Shown: positions 1 to 9,998 of the stretch, piece by piece
How the letters are laid out: each line of letters starts with the position of its first letter
Numbering within the stretch: the stretch's first letter is position 1
Source of the DNA: a virus
Taxonomy: Duplodnaviria > Caudoviricetes
DNA length: 64,000 nt
Reading direction: 5' to 3' (one strand)
Virus record (IMG/VR): IMGVR_UViG_3300020037_003306
Coordinates: 1 to 64,000 of that record
The notes under the pieces: model-generated
Database searches by the model: none
What the model was told of the DNA's origin: nothing
The model's input: the letters and a program-made list of their open reading frames with translations, nothing else
Program-made: the position numbers and the translations under genes

Positions 1-2379
1 ACTTATGTAAGTTCTTCTAAAGCTTATTTAAAAGCAATTGGTGGAGCTTCTACTAATTTTAACGCTAATGATAAAGTTTGGATATTTGGTGCTGGTACTT
101 GGGGTTCATTTGAACATAGTATTAAAAGAGATTTTGAAGAATATTATATTCCTACAATTAATTCAGCTATTAACAATGGAGTTACTACTTTTAATGTTGG
201 AACTGCTTCTGGGATTGATTCTAAAGTAACAGAGTATCTTAAATCTAAAGGATTTACTGTAAAATCTAAAGGAGAGTGGAATGAAATTAGTAAAGGTTCT
301 ACAGAAACTATTACTACAAACGATACTAATCCTGAAATTGAAGCTCTTCGTGACCAACTTAAGATTCTCGAAATGTACAAAAAATATAAAAAATCTGGTG
401 AAGCGTATCAAGATATTATGAAAGCTCTTAAAATGGATACGCTTGGTGCTGGACCTAGTCTTAGTACTACTGATAGTTTAAATCATTATATTGACCATGC
501 AGCTAATTATACTGTATTTGAAAAGTATGAAGATACAAAAGAGTTTAAAGATGCTACTAAAGAACAGAAAGAGAATTTACGTAAAGCTATGCCTAAATAT
601 GTTAAAACACAAAAAGGCGCAAGAATTTTTATAAATGTAAATGGAAAAGATATTCCTGCTGTTCATGCAATTCTACCTGAAATGCACGGTCTAAGTCATG
701 AATCTTCTTACAGTGTTCTTCAAGCTTACAAAAAGTATGCTAATGATTTATCTTATGAGATTCTTAATAAAGAGTTCATTCAATACAGTCCCGCATTTAA
801 ACGATTTGAAAGTAAAGTATTAACTGGTTTAGGTGTACTTAGAAACGAAAATGTTTCCGAAGCGTTACATAAATTTTTGAATACTATTATTTACTCTAAA
901 AATAGTTTCCTTGCGCAGACTGAAAGTGAACAAGTTTTAGGAATTGAAAACAAAGTTCAATCTAAAGCTAAAGATTGGAAAGATATGTCTGCTGCTAATA
1001 AACTTGCATTCATCCAAGCTAAGTACAAAGATGTTCTTGCAAATGATAGTCATATTTTAAATTATCTACAAGCGAAAACTACCGCTAAAGATTTCACTCG
1101 TAATGGTTTCCAAAGTATTGATTTTATTAATACAAAAACTGATAATTTAACTGATGGTCGTTTAGAGGATTCATTTGTTGAATTGTGGAATGGAAAACTT
1201 GGTAACATTACAGATAAACGATTTAAAGATTTAGCAAAAGATTTACTTCGTTATAATTTTATAACTAGCGGTTTCCATATGCAAAAGAATAGTTTTAGTA
1301 AGATTATTCCTACTGAAATTATGGTTAAAATTGGAATGAGAGATTATCTAAATAATCTTAAACTTCAAATGGAAAATCCTAACTACTTTGATGCTACTTA
1401 TCCAGGACTTGTTGATAGCTTTATGCAAAGTAATTGGTATAATCGTGAGCTTGTACCTAAAGTTTATACTAAACTAGATAAAAATGGTGAGATTGGAGAA
1501 AAAGATATTAATTGGCAACCGAATGCAAATAATGGTTTAATTACTGTTTCAAATGCACTTCTCGATAATGCCGATTATAATATCCAAAAAGCAACTTATG
1601 TTCTTGTACCGTTTTTCAAAACTGTTAAAGATGAAAATAACAGAAACCGTAGAGAGCTTGTAAAAGAAGTTCTTTATAAAAAACATTCAAGTAATAGTAT
1701 GAGTACATTTTATTACCCTGTTAATAAGAAAGGAAATAGAGGATTTAATGAGTTCACTGATACTTCTTTAATAGCTGATAATAATGTACCATTTGCACCT
1801 AGAGATTATCAACTTTCTATTGAAACTGGTTTAGATTATACTGGGAAAGATACTAACAAACATCATGTTGCGTATTCACGTGTAAATATGGGAGAAGAAG
1901 TTAAACAGTTATATAAAAAGGCTGATGCTGTAATTATTGAATCTCCTACCGAGCAATTTAAAATGAAAAAGTTAGCTGAATCATTCAAAGAAGATACTAA
2001 CCGAGTAGTTTATAATGCTAATGAATTAGTGTTTGTTACTGGAGAGATTAAAGACCCTGGTAATAATTATGTTGATTTAAAAGCAATAATGACTAAAGGT
2101 AATACTTTTCTTGGTAAATATGCACAAGTTTTCGACGCTCTCCGTGCTGGAAGTACAATTGGAGTAAGAGTAACTAAAGAACGTGAGATGGATTTTATTG
2201 GTGATAGAATTGTCAATGAAGTACTTGAGCATTATGTTCAAAAAGGAGCTTTACAAAAGACTGTACAAGATGGAATTAATTACTATGTAAAAGAAACTAA
2301 GGATTTAAAAACTGCTACTGAGAACTATAATGGTTTGAATGATAGTGAAAGTGAAACTGTTGATAATAATTGTATTTAA
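1..2379 (+). CDS. 5'-truncated giant virion protein, probably the C-terminal part of the crAss-like virion RNA polymerase; carries SLOG-like segments
   Basis: Frame 1 is open from base 1 (TYVSSSKAYL...), so the 373 start in the ORF track is internal. DLLRYNFITSGF..NSFSKIIP resembles the C-terminal region of crAss-like vRNAP proteins as I recall them. It lies next to another giant protein. No catalytic DxDxD motif is inside the window. Confidence 0.6.
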   Translation, partial: TYVSSSKAYLKAIGGASTNFNANDKVWIFGAGTWGSFEHSIKRDFEEYYIPTINSAINNGVTTFNVGTASGIDSKVTEYLKSKGFTVKSKGEWNEISKGSTETITTNDTNPEIEALRDQLKILEMYKKYKKSGEAYQDIMKALKMDTLGAGPSLSTTDSLNHYIDHAANYTVFEKYEDTKEFKDATKEQKENLRKAMPKYVKTQKGARIFINVNGKDIPAVHAILPEMHGLSHESSYSVLQAYKKYANDLSYEILNKEFIQYSPAFKRFESKVLTGLGVLRNENVSEALHKFLNTIIYSKNSFLAQTESEQVLGIENKVQSKAKDWKDMSAANKLAFIQAKYKDVLANDSHILNYLQAKTTAKDFTRNGFQSIDFINTKTDNLTDGRLEDSFVELWNGKLGNITDKRFKDLAKDLLRYNFITSGFHMQKNSFSKIIPTEIMVKIGMRDYLNNLKLQMENPNYFDATYPGLVDSFMQSNWYNRELVPKVYTKLDKNGEIGEKDINWQPNANNGLITVSNALLDNADYNIQKATYVLVPFFKTVKDENNRNRRELVKEVLYKKHSSNSMSTFYYPVNKKGNRGFNEFTDTSLIADNNVPFAPRDYQLSIETGLDYTGKDTNKHHVAYSRVNMGEEVKQLYKKADAVIIESPTEQFKMKKLAESFKEDTNRVVYNANELVFVTGEIKDPGNNYVDLKAIMTKGNTFLGKYAQVFDALRAGSTIGVRVTKEREMDFIGDRIVNEVLEHYVQKGALQKTVQDGINYYVKETKDLKTATENYNGLNDSESETVDNNCI

Positions 2380-2389
2380 TATCTTAACC

Positions 2390-2421
2390 ATACGCCTGTA
2401 ACAACTTTGTTACGGGCGTAT
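2390..2421 (+). terminator. Intergenic stem-loop (terminator, attenuator or processing site)
   Basis: ATACGCCTGTAACA-ACTT-TGTTACGGGCGTAT: 14-bp stem with one G.U pair on the + strand and a weak U-tract. Confidence 0.55.
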
Positions 2422-2435
2422 TAACAATTGAACAA

Positions 2436-5400
2436 ATGAGCTGTAAATTTAATGCACCTAACGGTAGTTTATCAAATCTTTTTGATAAAGTGTATAACGG
2501 TTGGGGTAAACCAAATGCTGTTAAGGTTTGGTCTGCTGTACAATCTAAAGAATTTAAAGATTGGTATGCTAAAGGAGCTACTGATGTAAATGGAGAACCT
2601 GTATTAACTGAACTTAATGAGTTCGTTAATGAAGCAGGAGAATCTCTTCATATTGCAGATGTTACTCAAGAATCTTTAGACCCTATTAGTCTTGAAGATT
2701 ATAGTTCTCAAATTGAAGAACTAACTAAAATGTTTGAAGACCAAGGTTTAGATATTACTGTAACTTTAGACAGTGATTCTGATAGCATTGGTAGTGTTAT
2801 TACAATTGATGGTAAAACAGAAGTAAAATTTAATCCTCGTAAGATTAAAACGGATAGTGTATTCCATGAGTTTGGACATATTCTTATTGATATGCTTGGA
2901 GTTGACCATCCTGTTGTTCAACGTGGTATTGAGCATTTAAAAGGTACTCCTCTTTGGAATCAAATTGAACAACTTTACCCTGAATTAAAAGGTGAGCGTT
3001 TAGCTAAAGAAATACTTACTACTGCTGTTGGTATGGAAGCTGCAACTTATCATCAAGAGAAGATTCGTCTTAGAGAACTACGTAATGGTTCTGTATTACA
3101 AAATATTAAAGGCTGGAAAACATGGGCAAAACATTTTTTCAATATAATTGCTGATAAGTTAGGTATCGGTCAAACTGCCGCTCAAAAACTTGCATATCAA
3201 TTAACAGGTAAGAATCTTCGTTACGCTTTAACTCATAAACCTGCTAGTTATGTTCAAAAACAAAAGGTTAAACCTAGTGTTGATAAGTTGAAAGCTGAAT
3301 CTGAGCGTCTTACCATTACTGACGATGAGCAGGGTTATATGATAGATAAAGACCCTGATAGAGTGATGAATCGTGTTACTACTGCTATTGATGATTTGAG
3401 AGGAGAATTTCAAAGAGATGAGGCTATAAAAAGAAGTATTAAATCTAAAAAAGGAATTTATGCTGATTTACATACCAAAGATGATATTGGTCGAAATTGG
3501 GCAGATAAAAGAGAAGAAGGTACAGCTCTGCATTTAATTAATGAACTTTATATTAAACAGCGCAATGAAGGTAAATCTCGTGAAGAAGCTATTAAATATG
3601 TAATGGCTAATTTACATAAACCTAAACCTGGTTTTGATAAAGAAGGTATTCGTTTTTATAGCGGTGCGCAAAAGAAATACGTTGAAACTTATATTGATGA
3701 CATTGCAGATTTTCTTGATAGTCTTATGGATAAGGGTTATAAACTTCATCCTGAGGTTAAAGTATTTGATGAAGAATTAGGTGTCGCTGGAACAATAGAT
3801 TTACTTATTGAAAAGCCTGATGGTACTTATATGATTTATGACTTCAAGACTAAAGAAGATGGTAAATTTGATTCATTTTATACTATTGATAAATATGAGA
3901 ATTTCCAAGGTATTGCTTCTGGACTTGCAAGAACTAAAGCTAATGAGTATGCTCTTCAACTTTCTACTTATAAACTAATTCTTGAACGGAAAGGTTTTAA
4001 AGTTACAGACATGGCTATTATTCCTTTTGAAGGTCAAATGGTTGAAGAAAATGGTGAATTTCATTATGTTAATGTACGTTTATTTTCAGATACTAATACT
4101 GTCAATAATAAAGACGGTGTTTTACCTGTAAAAGATTTGTCTGATGTTATGCTAGAATTTTATACTATTAAAGATGATAGTGAACAAATTCTTGAGAATG
4201 CGATGGAAGGTGAACAGACGTTGGATGAATTACTTGATTCTGCAAGTGAGCTTGGTAAAACAAAAGTATGGATTGAAGAGCTTGTAGTTAATATTAAAAA
4301 ATCCATTGCACGTTATAGAGCGACTGCAACTGTTACTGACGCCACTAAATATGAAAATGAGATTAAAAAACTTGTTGATAAATTAATGGTTGAAGATGAA
4401 ATGGGTGCAATTACTGCTTATACTGAATATATTACTAGAGGCCTTGCAGGTCTTCATAATAAATTCTTTGATAAATTCCCTTTGGTTAAAGATTCACAAG
4501 GTAAAGAGTATCGCACTCATGAAAAAGGATATGATAGTTATACTTGGCAAGATATTAAAAATCTTGAGCTAACTGACCCTGCTGCGTATATGGAGTTTCT
4601 TGCATTCTTAATTAATGCAGATGCGTTTTTAAATCAAGTTGTTGCTATTGAAAAATTATCTTATACAGATGCTCGTACAACCAATCTTGTTCTTAGAACT
4701 TTAAAATCTAACGAAGGTCATGTTTCTAATTTACGTAACAAGATTAAACGTCTTAATCGTGAATTAGATAAACGTTATGTTGAACTAAGTTCTAATCCTT
4801 TATATGGCGGTAGAGGTGTTCTTGAGAATACTGAATTGTTCTTTAGAGCGCAAGCTGATGAAACTTTCATGCAACACCATACTGACGCACTTGCAGATAC
4901 ACATAATAGTTATATGGCTAATGTTATGCGTTATTATGATTATAAAATGCGTTACATGAATGATGAAATTCTTAAAGTAACAAATGAATGGGAAGCTAAG
5001 ATTAAAGCATTTGAAGATGATGGTGGAGATATTAGTAGATTTATAGACCCTGATACAGCTCGTATAATTCCTAAGACTGACTATGAAAGATATTATCAAG
5101 CTCGTTCTGATATGTTTAAACGTGTTGATAAAACCTTTAATGGTGTTCGTGATTGGAAATGGAGGAATAGTGTTAATGCTTGGTTTAAAGCTAATACTAT
5201 TAAATTAACTCCAGAGCAAACTACAGCTCTTAATAAGAAGATGAAAGCTGAGCTTGGTGCTGAAGGTTTTAAAGAATGGAAAGCTCAACAAACTTATGCT
5301 GACGGTAAGAAAACAAAATTTACTTCTGCTTATTATCTACCTAATCCTAAAATTTACGCTAATAATACTTACAAAACTTATAATGCTAAAGAGCAAGAAT

Positions 5401-7547
5401 TTTATGATTTCCTTACATCAACACTTGCGTACTTAACAGAGCATACAAAATCATCTATTGTTAAAGAAGGCTATATTCCTGCTATTCCAAAAGATACATC
5501 TAGTGTTCTCGACCAGTTAAAACATAAAGCGGGTTGGAGGGATTCTAATGGTTATAATCCTGAAAGTGGTGTTATTACTAATGAATTGAATGAAATAGTG
5601 CAATTTGTACCTTTTAATTATAATAATCTTTTAGCAAAAGGTAATTATATAAAAGTTGCTCCAGATGCTACTCCTGCGGAGAAACGAGATGCCGCTCAAA
5701 AAAATGCTATTGAAAAACAACGAGTAATTGCTGCTCACGCTGCTTCTACTAATCAAGATTTAAAAGCTACAATGCCTATCTATATTAGAGAGGCTTTGAA
5801 GAATAAATATAAAAAATCTATGGAGTTTGAAGTTCAACGTGTTCGTAAATCTTTTATTGATAATCATAAAGTCACCTTTACAAAAGGAGGAGAAACTGTC
5901 AAAGATAAAGTCAAAGTTCAATTAGGACTTGAAAATAATCTTGTGGAGAAAGCGACTATTGATTCTAAAATCCTTAGTCATTACGAAAAGTGGTTAAAGA
6001 TGGTCTTCTATGAAGATTTTGAAAATGATGAAGGTACACTGCAAAAAGTTGCTCGTGTAATGCAAAATTACACTTCTTATAAAGGTATGGCATTTAACTT
6101 CCTTAGTGCTATGAATAACCAAACTTATGCAACTTTAATGAGTAATATTGAATCTGCTGCTGGTACTCATTTCTCTGGTGAAGATTGGAGAGCTGCTTCT
6201 TTGGAGTATATTAAAGGTACTAAATCTTTTCTATATGATGAAGATAATGCACCTACTACAAAGCAAAGTGCTTTTATTGCTAATTTCAATATCCTTATGG
6301 ATTTCAAAGAAGCTGCTCTTGGTAATGAAGAAGTAACTATGGCTAATCGTGCTTTACAAAAAGCTAGTTGGCTACTTAGTAAAGGTTATGCTTTGGAACA
6401 TATATCTGAACATAATCTTCAAAATAGAGTTCTATTTGCAATGGCAATGAGTCATAGAATTGTAGATGGTAAAGCTATGACTTTTGATGAATTTAAACGT
6501 AACAAACTTAGTAAAATAACACTTAAACTCCGTAATAAAGATGGAATGTCCAAAGCCGAAGCCGTTGATACAATTGCCAAAAACAAAGAAAAAGAGAAAG
6601 GACTTAGAGAAGAATTTAACAAATATCAATCACTCTACGAATCCACTACTTTTGAGAATGGTAAACTTAATTTCAGCGATAATCTTACCGTAGAAGAGAT
6701 TGCTGAATTTGAACGTAAAGTTCTTGGAGTTAATCAATATCTTCATGGTATCTATAATAAAGATGATGCTGGTACTATGCAAGCTTATGCAATTGGTCGT
6801 CTTGCTGTTCAATTCCGTAAATGGATGCGTCCTGGTTGGAATAAACGTTTTGGTAATAGATTCGGCGAGAAGTATTGGAATGAAAGACGTTCAGGTGTAG
6901 AAGAAGGTATTTATGTTACTACTGCTAGATTCTTTGCAACTCCTATTATAGATAATTGGAGTGAATATGTGGATAAACAAGGTACTGACCAAGCTATTGG
7001 ACTTGCAAAATTTATGACTAATCTTATTGGAGATTACGGTAGATTTTTAGTTAATATTAGAGTTCATTGGCATACTATGAATGATGGAGAAAAAGCTAAT
7101 GTAGTTAGAACTCTACTTGAATATGCTGCTTTCTGTACTGCTATTGGACTTTTATATGTAGCTAAAGAACTTAAAGGAGATGACGATGACCCTCCAGCTG
7201 CATTAATGCTTACTATCTATCAATTAGATAGACTTGCTACGGAGTTAACAACTTATGTTCCTTTAGCAATTGCACCTGGATTTGTTGGTGGCGGTTGGTT
7301 AAATGAAAGTAAAAAACTTCTTAAAGCTCCTACTGCTACATTTAGTACTATGGAAGCGTTGATAAAAACAGGTAAACATTTAATTAGTTATCCTTTTGCT
7401 ACTGAAGAAGAAGCTACTTACCAAAGTGGTGTTTATGCAGGTGAGAGTAAACTTCAAGTTAATGCTGAAAAATTAGTTCCTATTTGGAATCAACTTGAAA
7501 GATTAGCATATTTGCCACAAAATTACAAATATTACAAGCTATTTTAA
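2436..7547 (+). CDS. Large virion ejection/cargo protein (1703 aa) with a zincin-like HExxH motif and a PD-(D/E)xK nuclease domain
   Basis: VFHEFGH metallopeptidase-like motif. PEVKVFD..VAGTIDLL..YDFKTK..YALQLSTY nuclease motifs. The C-terminal QFRKWMRPGWNKRF..YWNE segment resembles crAss cargo proteins. Confidence 0.75.
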   Translation: MSCKFNAPNGSLSNLFDKVYNGWGKPNAVKVWSAVQSKEFKDWYAKGATDVNGEPVLTELNEFVNEAGESLHIADVTQESLDPISLEDYSSQIEELTKMFEDQGLDITVTLDSDSDSIGSVITIDGKTEVKFNPRKIKTDSVFHEFGHILIDMLGVDHPVVQRGIEHLKGTPLWNQIEQLYPELKGERLAKEILTTAVGMEAATYHQEKIRLRELRNGSVLQNIKGWKTWAKHFFNIIADKLGIGQTAAQKLAYQLTGKNLRYALTHKPASYVQKQKVKPSVDKLKAESERLTITDDEQGYMIDKDPDRVMNRVTTAIDDLRGEFQRDEAIKRSIKSKKGIYADLHTKDDIGRNWADKREEGTALHLINELYIKQRNEGKSREEAIKYVMANLHKPKPGFDKEGIRFYSGAQKKYVETYIDDIADFLDSLMDKGYKLHPEVKVFDEELGVAGTIDLLIEKPDGTYMIYDFKTKEDGKFDSFYTIDKYENFQGIASGLARTKANEYALQLSTYKLILERKGFKVTDMAIIPFEGQMVEENGEFHYVNVRLFSDTNTVNNKDGVLPVKDLSDVMLEFYTIKDDSEQILENAMEGEQTLDELLDSASELGKTKVWIEELVVNIKKSIARYRATATVTDATKYENEIKKLVDKLMVEDEMGAITAYTEYITRGLAGLHNKFFDKFPLVKDSQGKEYRTHEKGYDSYTWQDIKNLELTDPAAYMEFLAFLINADAFLNQVVAIEKLSYTDARTTNLVLRTLKSNEGHVSNLRNKIKRLNRELDKRYVELSSNPLYGGRGVLENTELFFRAQADETFMQHHTDALADTHNSYMANVMRYYDYKMRYMNDEILKVTNEWEAKIKAFEDDGGDISRFIDPDTARIIPKTDYERYYQARSDMFKRVDKTFNGVRDWKWRNSVNAWFKANTIKLTPEQTTALNKKMKAELGAEGFKEWKAQQTYADGKKTKFTSAYYLPNPKIYANNTYKTYNAKEQEFYDFLTSTLAYLTEHTKSSIVKEGYIPAIPKDTSSVLDQLKHKAGWRDSNGYNPESGVITNELNEIVQFVPFNYNNLLAKGNYIKVAPDATPAEKRDAAQKNAIEKQRVIAAHAASTNQDLKATMPIYIREALKNKYKKSMEFEVQRVRKSFIDNHKVTFTKGGETVKDKVKVQLGLENNLVEKATIDSKILSHYEKWLKMVFYEDFENDEGTLQKVARVMQNYTSYKGMAFNFLSAMNNQTYATLMSNIESAAGTHFSGEDWRAASLEYIKGTKSFLYDEDNAPTTKQSAFIANFNILMDFKEAALGNEEVTMANRALQKASWLLSKGYALEHISEHNLQNRVLFAMAMSHRIVDGKAMTFDEFKRNKLSKITLKLRNKDGMSKAEAVDTIAKNKEKEKGLREEFNKYQSLYESTTFENGKLNFSDNLTVEEIAEFERKVLGVNQYLHGIYNKDDAGTMQAYAIGRLAVQFRKWMRPGWNKRFGNRFGEKYWNERRSGVEEGIYVTTARFFATPIIDNWSEYVDKQGTDQAIGLAKFMTNLIGDYGRFLVNIRVHWHTMNDGEKANVVRTLLEYAAFCTAIGLLYVAKELKGDDDDPPAALMLTIYQLDRLATELTTYVPLAIAPGFVGGGWLNESKKLLKAPTATFSTMEALIKTGKHLISYPFATEEEATYQSGVYAGESKLQVNAEKLVPIWNQLERLAYLPQNYKYYKLF

Positions 7548-7571
7548 GCGGCAAATTGCCGATTAAAAATT

Positions 7572-7602
7572 AAGCCCTTACACTAAAGTAGTGTAAGGGC
7601 TT
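7572..7602. terminator. Bidirectional intrinsic terminator at the convergence of the + and - gene blocks
   Basis: AAGCCCTTACACTA-AAG-TAGTGTAAGGGCTT is a perfect 14-bp stem, with an A-run to the left and a T-run to the right. Confidence 0.85.
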
Positions 7603-7604
7603 TT

Positions 7605-7985
7605 TAATGGCAGCATGGGCAAATGAGCGCAGCAATACGGGGTATAAATCAACTTCAAAAAATTCCCCCAAAGTTAGCACCGTAACCAACCCAAAAATCA
7701 CGGTTTAACAAGAGCAGGCGCAATATAAATACGAGTAATGCCCGCAAGTACACCATTAAAGCAAGGTTTATAAATGCTTAGTCTTCGACCTCATTAAACT
7801 TGCAATTTTCACTAAAAGACTTACCAATTTGAGCATTATCAAGAAGCTTAGTAAGTGTATTAACTTAGCCGTGCGGAAGATTACTAGCGGAAGCACTCCA
7901 AACCTAATAACCCAGCACGGCTTTTTATCATTATACAAGGCGTTCAAATCGAGCCTTGCAATACTCAAATATAAGCTAAATAATT
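7605..7985 (-). ncRNA. Candidate structured non-coding RNA or long 3' UTR
   Basis: About 380 nt with no convincing ORF and higher GC than the flanks. Several complementary segment pairs are present (see findings). Confidence 0.3.
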
Positions 7986-9106
7986 TAATACTGAAAGAAA
8001 CTACAATAATTTTTTATAATTTCTTTGCATGGCTTTTCAATATCAGCACTATTCAAATTTTCTCTTAAAAGTTTACGAGCTTCATCTTCATTTTCAGCAT
8101 AAGCGAACATAATTCCATTTCCATAATTAGGATTAAATAGAACATCTTCCCAAACAAATAATCGTAGAACAGGGTTTTGGACTCTACTACAACTTAATTC
8201 TTTAAGTGTATCAGTAACAGATTTAGGAAAAATTTGAACATCTTTCTCTGTAGTATTATCAATAGAGTCAGTAGTTGCAACAAATTTTTTATTACCGAGA
8301 GTTCCAGTAACAGAACTAATAGGAACATAAGCAGTATTATCAATGTCAGAACCAAATTCATCAAATACGCTTTGAAGATAAGAAATAAGTTCAGTATGTT
8401 CAGCTTTACTTGAAAATACAAGTGAGATATTTTCTTGAACTTCTTTAATACCTCTAAAATAACTAAGCCAAAAAACTTTTTCACCTAATTTATAACCTAC
8501 TCTAGTATTATTAAAAGAATCTGTAAATTTAACAATAATTAAATCCTTTTCAGCAATACCAGACCGTTCAATAAAACCTTTTTTGAAATTAGAAACAAAA
8601 GTTTTGAATTGACGTTGTTTAAGGACTTCAGGAGTAACGACATGAGAAGCATTATTAAAATTTTTAATTTGTTCTTTATGTTTTTCTTCAGTAACACCTG
8701 TAATTCTTTGATATTGTTGTTCTAATAAAACAGTAGTTTTATCTCTTTCAGCAGTTTGAATAAGCGAAAGAAATTTAATAGAATAAACCACTTCTTCAAT
8801 CAAATCAATTGTAACTTCACGACGTAAATCAAAAATCTCTTCAATAGTATTAATATCAAAGTAATTATCGAAAAAGCGATTAAACTCTTTATGTCTAAAA
8901 AGATAAAGTTCTTCTTCAAGGTCTTTAATTAAACCAATTACTTCACTAATTCGCTGAACATCAAATTTATGCGCAATATAACCTTTTACAGCATCACTAA
9001 AATTACCATAATAAAGATTGTGTATTATGTGCAAGAATGGTGATATAAATGGTAGGTTTGGATTATCTTTTTCAATTATCATTTTCAATAAGATTAAGTT
9101 GGTCAA
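7985..9106 (-). CDS. Hypothetical protein (373 aa; start may be ~9082)
   Basis: Long ORF co-oriented with the replication block; no family recognised. Confidence 0.75.
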   Translation of the reverse strand: MTNLILLKMIIEKDNPNLPFISPFLHIIHNLYYGNFSDAVKGYIAHKFDVQRISEVIGLIKDLEEELYLFRHKEFNRFFDNYFDINTIEEIFDLRREVTIDLIEEVVYSIKFLSLIQTAERDKTTVLLEQQYQRITGVTEEKHKEQIKNFNNASHVVTPEVLKQRQFKTFVSNFKKGFIERSGIAEKDLIIVKFTDSFNNTRVGYKLGEKVFWLSYFRGIKEVQENISLVFSSKAEHTELISYLQSVFDEFGSDIDNTAYVPISSVTGTLGNKKFVATTDSIDNTTEKDVQIFPKSVTDTLKELSCSRVQNPVLRLFVWEDVLFNPNYGNGIMFAYAENEDEARKLLRENLNSADIEKPCKEIIKNYCSFFQY

Positions 9107-9941
9107 GAAATATTATTTCACGGTTAACAACAAAGAAACCACGTTTAGTAGTTTTAAAATCGAAATGTACTTCACTCTTACCGTAAGTAGGAGTTTCTCC
9201 AGTAACGACAGCTCGCCATTCAATATTGTGTTTTGTATAATCGGCAATAGAATCATGTACATTTAAGAAAGTATAATGAACATTATTCTTGATACAGTAA
9301 TGAGTAGGTTTGAAAGTACGTTGTTTGTATCTATCGTAAAGGATATTATTAACTTCAAGAATATCCTGTAAATTCCAATCATGGAAATTATTTCTATCAG
9401 CTAGAATTTTACAATTTAAACTCATAACGTGAATGTCGACAATTTTACCTTCTTCAATAACAGGTTGCACAAAAAATTCTTGATAAAATAAACTATAAAA
9501 ATCAGCTTCAATAGCATTCACAAGATTCTCTTTCAAACTATCATAAATAGTAGTAGCTTTAAATTCAACAAATACCTTACCAAAATCATAGACAGTATTC
9601 TCCGTAGTAAAATCTCCAGCGAGCATCTTAGCCATGAAATCTTTGATAACATGAACTTCCTCTGTTTTGAGTTTACTAAACATAGGAATAATTTGCTCCA
9701 TATTTTCAAGCCCTTGGATAAGTTCAACAGTTTCACAATCAGGTATATCTTTGCTATTAAAGATACGCCAAAACTCGCCTGTACGAAATTGCCAAAAGTT
9801 GATAAAGTTTCTAGCAGCAGCTTTAACTTGATGTTTAATAACACCTTTTTCAATTGTTAGCTCAAGATTCTCAACTGCAATTTGAATTGCAAGGAAGAAT
9901 GTAACAATGCAATTTATATCGTTTTCTTTTATTTTAGGCAT
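9072..9941 (-). CDS. Hypothetical protein (289 aa)
   Basis: Long ORF in the - strand operon. Confidence 0.8.
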   Translation of the reverse strand: MPKIKENDINCIVTFFLAIQIAVENLELTIEKGVIKHQVKAAARNFINFWQFRTGEFWRIFNSKDIPDCETVELIQGLENMEQIIPMFSKLKTEEVHVIKDFMAKMLAGDFTTENTVYDFGKVFVEFKATTIYDSLKENLVNAIEADFYSLFYQEFFVQPVIEEGKIVDIHVMSLNCKILADRNNFHDWNLQDILEVNNILYDRYKQRTFKPTHYCIKNNVHYTFLNVHDSIADYTKHNIEWRAVVTGETPTYGKSEVHFDFKTTKRGFFVVNREIIFLDQLNLIENDN

Positions 9942-9960
9942 AATAGATTTAGCGATTTAA

Positions 9961-9994
9961 AAAGGCGCACTACTAATAAAAGTAGTACGCCTTT
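9961..9994 (-). terminator. Intrinsic terminator-like hairpin after the MazG-like gene
   Basis: AAAGGCGCACTACT-AATAAA-AGTAGTACGCCTTT. The single C/A mismatch becomes a G.U pair on the - strand, and the A-run gives the U-tract. Confidence 0.7.
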
Positions 9995-9998
9995 AATG

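Noticed and set aside
7780-7866. Coding-looking frame VNTLTKLLDNAQIGKSFSENCKFNEVED on the - strand
   Set aside because: It is preceded directly by an in-frame TAA with no ATG; it may be a gene remnant but cannot be supported as a CDS.
7936-7958. GTTCAAATC T-loop-like sequence suggesting a tRNA
   Set aside because: The flanking stem needs a bulge, and no acceptor, D or anticodon arms can be built around it.
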